Positions 51,159-61,324 of a stretch of DNA of 64,000 nucleotides are shown piece after piece. Origin of the DNA: Phycisphaeraceae bacterium (GTDB lineage: Bacteria; Planctomycetota; Phycisphaerae; Phycisphaerales; Zrk34). The notes under the pieces were generated by a model. It had not been told where the DNA came from. It did no database searches and saw only the letters and a list, made by a program, of their open reading frames with translations. A program made the translations under genes and the position numbers. Where the stretch lies: contig JBBDRF010000082.1 in NCBI GenBank assembly GCA_040905565.1, forward strand, positions 1-64,000, in the 5' to 3' direction. Position 1 is the first letter of the stretch. Each line of letters begins with the position of its first letter.

Positions 51159-51728
51159 ATGATTGATGTCGCACTTAAAGAATGGTCCATCGTTTGCGAT
51201 CTGCTGATGGAGGGGTCGCTGGCGTTGCTGCTTCGCAAGGGTGGGATTCACGAGGATTATGGGCCGGGCGTGTTTCGGCTGGAGCATCCGCGGTTCGCGC
51301 TGTTTCCGTCGTACCTGCACCAGAAGCCGCCCGCGATCAAGCCCGCTTTTCGTGAGCGTGTGAAGGTGCTGGAGGAGCCGGCTTATGTCGAGCTGCCGGG
51401 GGTGGGGTCGGCTGAGAAAATTTGGGAGGTGCCTTCGCGAGAAGCCTTCGAGCAACTGGACGATCTGCATCCGTGGACGGCGGAACATCTGGACATGCGT
51501 TTCAACTACAAGCCCGACCACCCGCTTTACGTGGTGGCGGTGCGGGCGGCGAAGCTTCCGACGCCGAAGCGTGTGGAAAATGATTGGACGTACGGCGGCT
51601 GCAAAAGCTGGGTGCCGCTCAAAGAAAATGACGTGGTGGATGAGTCCACCGCCACGCCCGTGCTGAGCGACGAAGCATTCGCAGCGATGCTTGCCCGGAT
51701 CGATCGGACGTTCGCAGCGGCAAGGTAA
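51159..51728 (+). CDS. DUF1802 family protein
   Basis: ALKEW..VC, LLRKGGIHE, YGGCKSW. Confidence 0.9.
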   Translation: MIDVALKEWSIVCDLLMEGSLALLLRKGGIHEDYGPGVFRLEHPRFALFPSYLHQKPPAIKPAFRERVKVLEEPAYVELPGVGSAEKIWEVPSREAFEQLDDLHPWTAEHLDMRFNYKPDHPLYVVAVRAAKLPTPKRVENDWTYGGCKSWVPLKENDVVDESTATPVLSDEAFAAMLARIDRTFAAAR

Positions 51729-51757
51729 GCGTTTGGCCGGCCGCTGAATGGCGGGAG

Positions 51758-52384
51758 TCAGCCGACGACGAGGAAGACAATGAACATGACGACCCAGACG
51801 ATGTGGAGGAAATGCCAGTAGATTTCCATGTGCCTTAGCGTGAGCGGATCGGGGTAAGGCGGCTGGTCGCGGAGCGTTCGGAGGGTCAGCCAGGAGAGCG
51901 GAACGAAGCCGCCGAGCACGTGGAGCCCGTGGAGGGCGACGAGCATGCCGGTGAAGCCGTACATGGCGAAGTTGTTTTCGAGATGAACCCAGTGCTCGGC
52001 CATCAGCGTGCGCAATGCGGGCAGTTGGATGCTGACAAAGACGACGCCGAGCAGAAGTGTGATCACCAGCAGCGTGCGGACGCGGCCGAGCGCCTGGTCG
52101 ACCGCCGCCCGCTGGGCCAGATGCATCGTCAAGCCCGAGACAACGAGGACCACCGTGGAGACCCACAGCCCCAGCGGCAACTGCATTTCGCCCGGCGGCG
52201 GTGCGTTGGGATTGGTCATGCGGATGATGACGTAGCCTGCGATGCCTGCGAGGAAGAAGACGATCAGCGAAACGAGAAAAAGCAGCAGCCCCAGCCCAGC
52301 CGGCGTCAGTGAAAAACGCCACCCCCCGGGTTCGTCGCCGTCATCGTATCGGCGCGGTTCGTCTTCAGGAAAAGGCGGTCTCAT
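51758..52384 (-). CDS. Heme-copper oxidase subunit III (second copy)
   Basis: LHGLHVLGG, YWHFLHIVW. Confidence 0.88.
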   Translation of the reverse strand: MRPPFPEDEPRRYDDGDEPGGWRFSLTPAGLGLLLFLVSLIVFFLAGIAGYVIIRMTNPNAPPPGEMQLPLGLWVSTVVLVVSGLTMHLAQRAAVDQALGRVRTLLVITLLLGVVFVSIQLPALRTLMAEHWVHLENNFAMYGFTGMLVALHGLHVLGGFVPLSWLTLRTLRDQPPYPDPLTLRHMEIYWHFLHIVWVVMFIVFLVVG

Positions 52385-52770
52385 CCACCGGGTCCAACTA
52401 AGCCTTCACGCTCGGTGATAGGCATCATTTGAGGGGCGTACTGATCCGTATCGACGATCGCAAACCACAGGAACAGCGCAAGGAAGAGGAAAGCCGCGAT
52501 CAGGGCCACGGCGTTGAACGGGCTGTCCCACCGCAGGTGCATGAAATAGAGGGCGACGAGCGAGGCCTTCACCGCAGCGATCAATAGCGCCACCGGCAGG
52601 TTCAAACCGCCCAAATCCACCAGCGTCACCGCCACGGTGATGACGGTCAGCGCCAGCAGGGCTGCGAAAACCCCGGCGAGCATCGGCAACGGAACCACGT
52701 GGGGGTGGTAGCGTCCGTGGTGGTGTTCTTCGCCGCTGGTGCTGTGTTCTGTCGTCGCGTGATCTGCCAT
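52381..52770 (-). CDS. Cytochrome c oxidase subunit IV
   Basis: LLALTVITV, IAAVKASLVALYFMHLRWD. Confidence 0.92.
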   Translation of the reverse strand: MADHATTEHSTSGEEHHHGRYHPHVVPLPMLAGVFAALLALTVITVAVTLVDLGGLNLPVALLIAAVKASLVALYFMHLRWDSPFNAVALIAAFLFLALFLWFAIVDTDQYAPQMMPITEREGLVGPGG

Positions 52771-52833
52771 GACTGCTTCCGTTTCCGCTTATGCTCAATC
52801 CTTACCTGCCCGACGTGCCGAGAGCCTGCTCTG

Positions 52834-53826
52834 CTAGATCAGGTACAGCAGCGGGAACAGGAAGATCCAGACCAAGTCGACCAGATGCCAGTAGAGGCCG
52901 ACCAGGTCCACCGGTGCATTATATTCGCTATTGAACTCGCCCTGCTTGACGCGGAGCATGATCCAGCCGATGAGCCCCATGCCGATGAGCACGTGGATAC
53001 CGTGGAGCCCGGTCATGAGGAAATAGATGCTGAAGAACGGCCGAGCCTGAAGGAGCTGCTCGGGCGGATGCTTCCAGTAATAGCCTTCGGGCATCTCGGC
53101 GAGATCGGCATGACGAGCGGTCTTCCGCTCTACCCGCTCAACGATACCCTGCTCGGCGACCTCTCCGCCAGAGGGGAGCGCCGTTCCGTTCGTATTCGTG
53201 GAGGCCGCCGCTTGGCCGTCTGCTTCGCCCGAGGCGTCGTCTTGCGGCGCGGCGTCGGCGGTCTCGGCGGTGCCGCCGGCGTCGGCAACTTCGGGGGAGT
53301 CAGCAACTCCGGCGACTTCGGTGGCTTCAGGGTGTTCGGCGAAATATTTGACGGCCCGTTCGGGGGCTTCGTAGAAGATACCGGGGCCCATGCCCGCGGA
53401 GAACTTCGTGTCGTATTCGATGGCCTTGATGCCCATGAAGATCACGCCGCCGAGCAGCGTCAGCCCCATCAGCGTGAAGCATAGCGCCTGCTGGTTAAGC
53501 TGAATCGCCCGCACCGCCCACGCCATCGTAAAGCTTGACGCTAGCAGCACCAGCGTGTTGAACGCCCCATACTCCCAACTGAGGTAGGCGTAGCCGATGT
53601 CGAAGGCTTCGAAGTTGTTGGCGCGCCAGACGGCGTAGGCGCAGAACAGGCCTCCGAACATGAGAATTTCGGTCGCGAGGAACACCCACATGCCCAGTTT
53701 GCCGGCATCGACCTGCTGCACCATCGTGTCGAAATGGTGTGCCTGGTAAGGCGGATGCTGATGATGCTCCGGCGGAGGCGGCGGGGCCTGTTCAGGCGTC
53801 TTCGTTGTCGTGGGAGGTTCACTCAT
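52834..53826 (-). CDS. Cytochrome c oxidase subunit III with acidic insertion
   Basis: KLGMWVFLATEILMFGGLF, NTLVLLASS, TGLHGIHV, GLYWHLVDLVW. Confidence 0.93.
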   Translation of the reverse strand: MSEPPTTTKTPEQAPPPPPEHHQHPPYQAHHFDTMVQQVDAGKLGMWVFLATEILMFGGLFCAYAVWRANNFEAFDIGYAYLSWEYGAFNTLVLLASSFTMAWAVRAIQLNQQALCFTLMGLTLLGGVIFMGIKAIEYDTKFSAGMGPGIFYEAPERAVKYFAEHPEATEVAGVADSPEVADAGGTAETADAAPQDDASGEADGQAAASTNTNGTALPSGGEVAEQGIVERVERKTARHADLAEMPEGYYWKHPPEQLLQARPFFSIYFLMTGLHGIHVLIGMGLIGWIMLRVKQGEFNSEYNAPVDLVGLYWHLVDLVWIFLFPLLYLI

Positions 53827-53899
53827 ATCCGTTTACCGTCGTTTTTTGACTGCCTTGCGTGGCTGGGTTCGCGACGCGATGGGTGGTGGTCGATTGCGG

Positions 53900-55588
53900 T
53901 CAATGCTCCGCCTGGCGAGGCTCGGCTGCTCGAACGTAGTCGTCGCGTTCTTCGTCGTAATCGATATTCTGGAAGTCGTACAGGTTGCCGCCGTAGGGCG
54001 TGCCGTGGAAGTTCTCGTGCGGCGGCGGGGAGGCGGTCTGCCATTCGAGCGTCGTAGCGCCCCAAACATTCATGCCGCACCGGCGCCCGGCCATGAGCGA
54101 GTGCAGCAGCACGCCGGCCATGACCAGGAAGCCGATCAACTGCACCCAGGCTCCGACCGTGGAGACCTGATGGTAGAGCGTGAATTCCGGCAGATAGTTC
54201 GCGTATCGTCGGGGCATGCCCTGCATCCCCATGATGAACTGGATGAAGAACGTCAGGTTGAAGCCGATGAAGATCAGCGCCCAACTGACAACCATCCACT
54301 TTTCGCTGAAGAGCTTGCCGAACATTTTCGGCCACCAGTAGATGAGCCCGCCGAGGAACGCGAACACCGTGCCGCCGACCATCACGTAGTGGAAGTGGGC
54401 GACGACGAAGTAGGTATCGTGCAGCGGGATATTCGTAGACATCGTGCCGAGTGGCAGGCCCGTGAGCCCACCGAGCGTGAACACCCAGATGAAGGACATG
54501 GCGTAAAGCATGGGGGACTTGAGATCGATCGACCCGTCGTGCATCGTCGCCAGCCAGTTGAAGACCTTCACCGCGGAGGGGATGGCGATGGAGAAGGTGA
54601 TGAGGCTGAAGATGGTGCCCGCCAGGGCGCTTTGGCCGGTGACGAACATGTGGTGGCCCCACACGAGGAATCCCAGCAGCGCGATGGCGATGGAGGAGAA
54701 GGCGATGAACTTGTAGCCGAACACGTGCTTATGGCTGAACGTGGCGACCAGTTCACTGACGATGCCCATCGCGGGGAGGATCATGATATAGACAGCGGGA
54801 TGGCTGTAGAACCAGAAGAAGTGCTGATAGAGCACCGCGTCGCCGCCGAGCGCCGGGTCGAAGATGCCGATGCCGATCGCCCGTTCGGTGATCAGCAGCA
54901 GCAGCGTGATCGCGAGGACGGGGGTGGCGAGGATCTGGATGATGGCGGTGGAGTAGAGCGCCCAGAGGAACAGGGGCATGCGGAACCATGTCATGCCCGG
55001 GGCGCGGAGCATGTGGATGGTGGCGATGAAGTTCAGGCCTGTGAGGATGGAGCTGAAGCCGAGGATGAACACGCCCATGACGGCGGGGATGACGCCGCCC
55101 GCACCGAGGCTGGTGGAGTACGGGGTGTAGAAGGTCCAGCCGGTGTCGATGCCGCCGGACAGGAGGGCGACGACGAAGAAGACCGCGCCGAAGCACCAGA
55201 GGTAGAAGCTGGTGAGGTTCAGGCGTGGGAAGGCGACGTCCTTCGTGCCGAGCATGATGGGCAGCATGAAGTTGCCCAGTGCCGCGGGGATGCCTGGGAT
55301 GATGAACAGGAACACCATGATCGCGCCGTGGAGCGTGAACATCTGGTTGTACATGTCCGAGCCCATCAGCGTTGAGCCGGGGGCGACGTGCTCGGTGCGG
55401 ACGAGTATGGCGAACATGCCGCCCAGGAAGAACGAGGAGAGGATCGCGACGAGATACATCACGCCGATGCGTTTGTGATCCAGCGTCGTCAACCATGACC
55501 ACAAGCCTCGGCTGTGGTTGAGGTAGTTCAGCTCGCTGCCGTGCGGGCCGTGAGGCTCAATGTTCGTATTGGTGGCGGTCGTGCTCAT
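53900..55588 (-). CDS. ctaD: Cytochrome c oxidase subunit I, type A2
   Basis: [21 protein letters not shown] (YS motif), WGHHM, VVAHFHY, GMPRRY. Confidence 0.97.
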   Translation of the reverse strand: MSTTATNTNIEPHGPHGSELNYLNHSRGLWSWLTTLDHKRIGVMYLVAILSSFFLGGMFAILVRTEHVAPGSTLMGSDMYNQMFTLHGAIMVFLFIIPGIPAALGNFMLPIMLGTKDVAFPRLNLTSFYLWCFGAVFFVVALLSGGIDTGWTFYTPYSTSLGAGGVIPAVMGVFILGFSSILTGLNFIATIHMLRAPGMTWFRMPLFLWALYSTAIIQILATPVLAITLLLLITERAIGIGIFDPALGGDAVLYQHFFWFYSHPAVYIMILPAMGIVSELVATFSHKHVFGYKFIAFSSIAIALLGFLVWGHHMFVTGQSALAGTIFSLITFSIAIPSAVKVFNWLATMHDGSIDLKSPMLYAMSFIWVFTLGGLTGLPLGTMSTNIPLHDTYFVVAHFHYVMVGGTVFAFLGGLIYWWPKMFGKLFSEKWMVVSWALIFIGFNLTFFIQFIMGMQGMPRRYANYLPEFTLYHQVSTVGAWVQLIGFLVMAGVLLHSLMAGRRCGMNVWGATTLEWQTASPPPHENFHGTPYGGNLYDFQNIDYDEERDDYVRAAEPRQAEH

Positions 55589-55615
55589 GAGCAGTCTCTT
55601 GCGTGATCGGCGGCC

Positions 55616-56905
55616 TTACGGCAGCGTCGTCAGGTACTGGATAATCGCGTCAATCTCGTCTTCGTCGGTGACGAGGCCCGGGGGCATGGCGGGCGGATAG
55701 CCTGCCCTCACGTCGGCCATGGGGTCGAGGATCGAACGCCTGAGATAGTTTCGGTCAGTCGTCAGCACGGTCCCGTCGGCCATCTCGTGCTCTTTGTTGT
55801 AGACGCCCTCGGCGAAGGAGGGAGCGGCGACGCCCGTGGGGTCCGCATCCGGCAACTGATGACAGCCGGCACAACCACGCGTGCGGAACAACTGCTCGCC
55901 CCATTCGATGGGATCGTCCGGCCGGGCGAAATCGGGCGGCTCCCAACCTGCGGGATGCACGACGACCCGCGCCATCATCTCCGAGTGATTCGTCCCGCAA
56001 TATTCGGTGCAGTAGAGGATGTGGCCGTCGTCTTCCAACGCGATCATCCGCTCGCGAATCGCCACGTCCAGCTTCTCGGACTCATCCATCTCCGCGAGCC
56101 GACGCTCGACCTCTTCCTCAAGCGGCAACTGCGGCTCCTGCTCCGCTTCGGGTTCGGCCTCGGGCTGCGGCGCTTCGCCGTTTTCTGCAGCCTCGGCGGC
56201 CTCGGCTTCGGCCTGCTCCGCCTGCTGCTGGGCGCGTTCGCGCTCGGTTGTGATGCGGTCACGCAGATCGGCGCGAACGATTGCGTCGAGTTCCTCGCCC
56301 TCAGGCAGCGGCTCGTCGGCACCGGGCGTGGTGCCCAGGGCGCGGAACCAGAGGTTGGTGTAGCGGCCGGGCACGACGTCACGCTTGATGCGGAAGGTCG
56401 GAATGTACAGGCTGTGGATCACGTCACTGGAGTTCATCACCAGCCGCACGTTCTCGCCTTCGGGCACGTGCAGGTGCGGGCTCTGGAAACCGTTGGGATG
56501 CGTGAACGTCCAGCTCCACGTACGTGCGGAAACGCTGATTTCGTAGGCGTCGCCCGGCGGCGTGTTGAACTTTTGGAACCCTTGGAAGCCGAGGTAGAAC
56601 ATGAAGATCACGATGATGGCCGGCGGCAGCGACCAGCTCAGCTCGAGCGCTGTATTGTGACTGGACTGCGACCCGGCGCGATCGTTGGGGCTTCGCCTGC
56701 GGTACTTGAAGGCGAACCACAACATCAGCGCGATGATGAGCACGAAGAAGAACACCGTGACGGCGTTGATGAAGTGCATCGCGAAGTCGATGTGCTCAGC
56801 GTGGTTCGATGCCCCGGGGGGCATGAAGTACTTCGATTCGGTCTGCGCCAGCGCGGTCGCGGGGGTGCCGCCGAGTATTGCTGTTAACACCATGGGCTTG
56901 GTCAT
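55616..56905 (-). CDS. coxB: Cytochrome c oxidase subunit II with fused cytochrome c (caa3 type)
   Basis: DVIHS, CTEYCGTNHSEM CuA motif, C-terminal CAGCH. Confidence 0.95.
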   Translation of the reverse strand: MTKPMVLTAILGGTPATALAQTESKYFMPPGASNHAEHIDFAMHFINAVTVFFFVLIIALMLWFAFKYRRRSPNDRAGSQSSHNTALELSWSLPPAIIVIFMFYLGFQGFQKFNTPPGDAYEISVSARTWSWTFTHPNGFQSPHLHVPEGENVRLVMNSSDVIHSLYIPTFRIKRDVVPGRYTNLWFRALGTTPGADEPLPEGEELDAIVRADLRDRITTERERAQQQAEQAEAEAAEAAENGEAPQPEAEPEAEQEPQLPLEEEVERRLAEMDESEKLDVAIRERMIALEDDGHILYCTEYCGTNHSEMMARVVVHPAGWEPPDFARPDDPIEWGEQLFRTRGCAGCHQLPDADPTGVAAPSFAEGVYNKEHEMADGTVLTTDRNYLRRSILDPMADVRAGYPPAMPPGLVTDEDEIDAIIQYLTTLP

Positions 56906-57801
56906 GGAAGAGCCGCCGTCTTTTTACGTCGAGAGTCAAGAAACCAGAGCGAACCCAGCGTCGCCGCCATCGCGATAACTGTCAGCAGGCCCCCCAGCCT
57001 CAGCACCGTCCACGCTGCCACCACGTACTCCCCGGCGTCGGGATCGTAAGCCAGGCAGCGCCAGAGCACCTGGTCGACGAGCGTGCCGATCTGTCCGTCC
57101 GAAGCTTCCACCAGCGATCGCCTCAAAGTGGCCGGCTCGTGGTGGATGCCGTGGAGATAGCGTGAAATTCGGCCGTCGGGCGTGACCACGATCAGCGCGG
57201 CGGCGTGGGCGTATTCGTTTTTCTCTTCGACCCACTTGTAACCAAACCCGACGGATTCGGTCAGTGCGGTGATATTCGCCTGGTCGCCCGTGAGGAAGCT
57301 CCATCCCTCCTTCGCGTGTTCCCGGTCGATCGCGGAGATCGAAGCCTCGCGGTAGCGGGCAGCCAGTTCGGGGCCCTCGTCCGGCGCGAAGCTGACGGTG
57401 AGGACGGTGAACTCTTCGCCGGGCGTCCAGTCCATCTTGCCGAGCACGTCGACGAGCCCCTGCGAGGAAAGCTGGCAGAGCATCGGGCACTTGAAGTACA
57501 TGAGATTGAAGACGACGGGCTTGCCGGCTTCGAAATACTCCGAGAGCTGAACCTCCTGGCCCTCCGAATCGGTGAACACCAAGTTGCGCGGCACGCGTTC
57601 GCCGAGCTTCTCGACGATGTCGATGCCTTCGAGCTGGCGCGAGGGCGACTGGTCCGCCAGTTGTCCCCACGCTGGACCGGTCAAGGCGAGCATCAGCAGC
57701 ATCATGATCGCGGGGAACACGAAACGCCTGGTCACACGGTGACGCGGCATTGCGGGACGCAGGCTGTCGGCCGTCGGATTGTGCGCTTGAGGGGATTTCA
57801 T
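56902..57801 (-). CDS. SCO-family copper chaperone
   Basis: CPMLC, YAHAA, PDGRISRYL, C-terminal TM. Confidence 0.92.
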   Translation of the reverse strand: MKSPQAHNPTADSLRPAMPRHRVTRRFVFPAIMMLLMLALTGPAWGQLADQSPSRQLEGIDIVEKLGERVPRNLVFTDSEGQEVQLSEYFEAGKPVVFNLMYFKCPMLCQLSSQGLVDVLGKMDWTPGEEFTVLTVSFAPDEGPELAARYREASISAIDREHAKEGWSFLTGDQANITALTESVGFGYKWVEEKNEYAHAAALIVVTPDGRISRYLHGIHHEPATLRRSLVEASDGQIGTLVDQVLWRCLAYDPDAGEYVVAAWTVLRLGGLLTVIAMAATLGSLWFLDSRRKKTAALP

Positions 57802-57835
57802 CGCTTCACGAGGGGTTGGAGGTCGGGGGCCCAGT

Positions 57836-57853
57836 TCGTTACGTTTTTCACAA
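57836..57853. promoter_or_regulatory. Rex-box-like site inside the respiratory operon
   Basis: Minus strand TTGTGAA-AAAC-GTAACGA versus TTGTGAA-N4-TTCACAA. Confidence 0.3.
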
Positions 57854-57857
57854 TATC

Positions 57858-58184
57858 TCAGGGATTGGATTCTAGGCGACGTTGGAGATAAAGGTCCATG
57901 GCGGCGTCGATGGGAATCGCGGCGAGATCGTGCTCGGGCACCCGCAGCCGTGCTTCGGTCAGCCGGCGCTGCTCGTGCTCGCGGTAACGCTGCACCTGAG
58001 CCGGGACTTCGCGGTACACCGTCTCCTGGGTGTACGCCTGTTCAAAGCGGAAGTACCACGCCTGAACGGCGAACACCGCTACCACGATCAGCAGCACCGT
58101 GACGATGCCGACCACCGTGATGATCTGCACGTTCAGTCCGCCCGGCGTTCCGTGCGTTGTATGATCCAAGTCGTCAGCAGCCAT
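57858..58184 (-). CDS. Small single-TM protein, ActG-like
   Basis: One TM, IPIDAAM motif, position between actF and sco. Confidence 0.75.
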   Translation of the reverse strand: MAADDLDHTTHGTPGGLNVQIITVVGIVTVLLIVVAVFAVQAWYFRFEQAYTQETVYREVPAQVQRYREHEQRRLTEARLRVPEHDLAAIPIDAAMDLYLQRRLESNP

Positions 58185-58223
58185 ATCGCACCTGGGCCTC
58201 CTCGGCCCGATCGAGTTTCAAGC

Positions 58224-59462
58224 TCAGTAGTTCTCAAGCGCCAGCGATTCGCTCAGCCTCGGATCACGCGTCGGCAGCAGGCTTCGTTCGCCCGCCAGCT
58301 TCGCCACGCCTGCGATCCACAGTCCGCCGATGCCCACGATGCACAGCACTTCCACGATGATCGGCATGTGCCCCAGCTTCAGCTCGGGCATCACCAGCCA
58401 GTAGTGGTCGACCGCGTGGGCGACGAGCATCCACACCGCCCAGAACGCCAGCCAGCCTGTGTGCCGCTTGGTCCAGCGTGAAAGTTGCCCGGCGAAGGGG
58501 ATCAGGAAGTGGAAGAACAGCAGGAACAGTGAGACGACCGCCCAGCCCGCAGCGGGGGGCATCGTGTCGGGGTTCGTCGTGGCACCACGGGTGGCGTACC
58601 AGTTGGCGACCTCGGGGATGCGTGCGTACCAGATCAGCATGTACTGGCTGAAGGCGATGTAGCCCCAGAAGAACGTGAAGCCGAAGAGGAACTTGCCGAG
58701 GTCGTGGTAGTGTTCGATGGTGACGGCCTGCTTCATCAGGCCGTTGCGTTGCAGGAAGCGGAGCATGAGGATGATGGCGGCGAAGAAGCCGATCAGCCCG
58801 CCGGCGAAGAAGTACACGCCGAAGATGGTCGAGTACCAGTGTGCGTCGAGGGTCATGAACAGATCCATCGGCATGAACATGACGACGATGCCGAAGACGA
58901 CGAGCGCGAGGCCGCTCCACCACTGCATGCGGTGGGTTGCTTCGGTGCCGCCGTTCTCGTCCTGGGCCAGGGACTGATGCCAGAACCACCATGCGAGCGA
59001 GACGAGGATGGCGAAGTAGATGATGATGCGGACGACGAAGAACGGGAGATTCAGCCAGGCGGTCTTGCCGAGGATGACCACGTCTTCGCCGGGGTGGACC
59101 CAGTGGTGGTAGATGTGGGGCGCGAGGATGAGGATCGGCACCGCCAGGATCGCCAGCAGCATCAGGTTGGCGGCCATGACTTCCGCAAGTCGACGGACGA
59201 CCACGGACCAGCCGGCGCGCACCAGATGTTGGATGATCACGAAGAACAGGGCGCCGACGGAGATGCTCAGGAAGATCCCGAACGCCGTCAGGTACGCCAG
59301 GCCGAAGCGGGTGAGCCCGCCATCGACAAAGAAACTGATGATGATCGCCACCGCCAGCGCGACGATGCCTACGCCGCCGGCCAAAACGACAATCCGCCCG
59401 CCCAGGTCTCCCAGGTGGTGCTTCTCGCCTTCCAGGCTTGTGCTTTGATGGCCGTCGCTCAC
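58224..59462 (-). CDS. actF: Alternative complex III subunit ActF
   Basis: AGWSVVVRRLAE, HWYSTIFG, HYHDLGK, YIAFSQYMLIWY, RDPRL. Confidence 0.92.
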   Translation of the reverse strand: MSDGHQSTSLEGEKHHLGDLGGRIVVLAGGVGIVALAVAIIISFFVDGGLTRFGLAYLTAFGIFLSISVGALFFVIIQHLVRAGWSVVVRRLAEVMAANLMLLAILAVPILILAPHIYHHWVHPGEDVVILGKTAWLNLPFFVVRIIIYFAILVSLAWWFWHQSLAQDENGGTEATHRMQWWSGLALVVFGIVVMFMPMDLFMTLDAHWYSTIFGVYFFAGGLIGFFAAIILMLRFLQRNGLMKQAVTIEHYHDLGKFLFGFTFFWGYIAFSQYMLIWYARIPEVANWYATRGATTNPDTMPPAAGWAVVSLFLLFFHFLIPFAGQLSRWTKRHTGWLAFWAVWMLVAHAVDHYWLVMPELKLGHMPIIVEVLCIVGIGGLWIAGVAKLAGERSLLPTRDPRLSESLALENY

Positions 59463-59502
59463 GTTCCGCTCTCCGCGTAGGGTGTCTTTGTCCTGCAACG
59501 AA

Positions 59503-60711
59503 TCAGTTTTCTTCGTCGTTGCTGTCTGTCTCGTCGGTGCCCAGTGACTTCACATAAGCCATCAACGCCACGACCTCGTCATCAGTAAGGGGCATGGGCG
59601 GCATCATCCGGGGAGGCCCGAAATCTTCCACGATGAGCGCCTGCGGAACCTTCAGCGACTCGACGAAGTATGCCTCGTCAACCTCAACCGTTTCGATCGG
59701 TCCGCCAATGCCCCGATGGACCTGCCGCTCCTCACCGAAGATACCACCGACGAAGCTGGGGCCCGGCAACGGGTTCACCACCGGGGTGTCCGCATCCACC
59801 TGATGGCAGGTAAAGCAGATTTTCGTCTGAAACAGCTGCTGACCTTGCGCGATCAGTTCGGGGTCCTGCAGTTCGCCTTCTTCAACCTCGACCTCGCCGC
59901 CTTCTGTTGCGGCACTGGCGATGGGGTCGATCGCTTCGCCCAACTGCCCTACTTCCGCGGGCACCTCGGCGACGGGAAGACTTTGGGAAAGCTGAAGCGT
60001 TTTGACGTACGCCACAACGGCCCAGCGGTCTTCAACAGTAAGCTGCTGGTTGTAGGCGGGCATCGTTCGGATGCCCTCGCTGATGACGTGGAAGAGCTTG
60101 CCTGCGGCATAATCCTCGCCGCCGTAGAGCAGGTCGCCGGCGGGCGAAAGGGCGTGCAGGTTCACCGGGGGCACCCAGCTGGGCGCGGGGGCGTCGGTGC
60201 CTTCACGTGCCGCGGCTTCGTTGAGCGCCTGCACGCGGCGATGCGTCAGGCCGTCGCCATAACCCGCTGCACCGTGGCAGGTGGCGCAGGCGATGTTGAA
60301 ACGTTCCTGCCCGCGCTGAAGCAGTTCACGGCTGACCTGGATCTGATCGGGCAGATCGTCGTAATAGGCCAGCTGTTCGCCGTCCATGACGGGTTCGAAG
60401 CTGTTGTCGGTTTCGTAGCCGCGGTAAAAATGATCATCCTCACGCAGTTCCCCACGTGCGACAGTGCTCTCGACAGGCAGACGCATGCCCCGGCCGTCTG
60501 CGAACAGAGGCGACGGCTGCTGGGCCTCGATGCGAGGCTGCACGCCCATGTCCTGGAAGAGCTGAATCCGCTGCCGATTGGACTTTTCAACGCGCGCCAA
60601 CGCGATCAGCGACAGGGGGACCCAGCTGCCCACGACACTGATGATGATGACATACACCAGCCAGGCGGGGATCGGCGGCAGCTTACTTCTATTTCGGTTT
60701 GCCTCAGCCAT
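59503..60711 (-). CDS. actE: ActE cytochrome c with an additional C-terminal c-type heme domain
   Basis: DMGVQP..F.DGRGMRLPV..TVARG, CATCH, MPAY..DRWAVVAYV, second motif CFTCH. Confidence 0.88.
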   Translation of the reverse strand: MAEANRNRSKLPPIPAWLVYVIIISVVGSWVPLSLIALARVEKSNRQRIQLFQDMGVQPRIEAQQPSPLFADGRGMRLPVESTVARGELREDDHFYRGYETDNSFEPVMDGEQLAYYDDLPDQIQVSRELLQRGQERFNIACATCHGAAGYGDGLTHRRVQALNEAAAREGTDAPAPSWVPPVNLHALSPAGDLLYGGEDYAAGKLFHVISEGIRTMPAYNQQLTVEDRWAVVAYVKTLQLSQSLPVAEVPAEVGQLGEAIDPIASAATEGGEVEVEEGELQDPELIAQGQQLFQTKICFTCHQVDADTPVVNPLPGPSFVGGIFGEERQVHRGIGGPIETVEVDEAYFVESLKVPQALIVEDFGPPRMMPPMPLTDDEVVALMAYVKSLGTDETDSNDEEN

Positions 60712-60712
60712 A

Positions 60713-61324
60713 TCAGTCCTCCAGCTCCTCGATCGTCAGTGCCCCGGTCTCCCGGAGGAGCTGTTGCGTGCGCTCGCGGTCGAATTGATCGTCGTCCGCT
60801 TCGATCCCGATGAAAAACCGATCCTGCGTCGCCCGCGCGAACCGTTCACTGGTGAACACCGGATGATGAAAACGCGGCAGCAGATTCAGCACCAGCATCC
60901 CCACCACCGCCATGATGGCGCTGAAGAGAATTGTCAGTTCGAAGACAGGCGGAATGTTCGCCGGCAGCGAGAAGAACGGCTTGCCGGAGACGATGTAGTC
61001 GTAACCCCGCAGAGCGTGGGGCATGCCTTCGATGCTGGTGGCGTTGGTGTACCACACGAGGAACAGCCCGCCGAGGCAGCCGCTGATCCCCGCGACGAGC
61101 ACCAGCCACGGCAGAATGGTCGGCTTGTGCCCCATCGCCTTGTCCAGGCCATGCACCGGGAACGGCGTGTAGGCCTCCCAGCGGCTGTAGCCGGCATCCC
61201 GCACGCGCTCCGCCGCCTTCTTCAGCGACGTCACGTTGTCGTACTCGCCGAGCAGGCCGTAGAGTTCGGACTCGTGCATCTCTTCCGTTTCCGACATATT
61301 CGGTGAATCGACCATGGTCATCAT
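60713..61324 (-). CDS. actD: ActD (DUF3341)
   Basis: [37 protein letters not shown] overlap with actC. Confidence 0.92.
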   Translation of the reverse strand: MMTMVDSPNMSETEEMHESELYGLLGEYDNVTSLKKAAERVRDAGYSRWEAYTPFPVHGLDKAMGHKPTILPWLVLVAGISGCLGGLFLVWYTNATSIEGMPHALRGYDYIVSGKPFFSLPANIPPVFELTILFSAIMAVVGMLVLNLLPRFHHPVFTSERFARATQDRFFIGIEADDDQFDRERTQQLLRETGALTIEELED

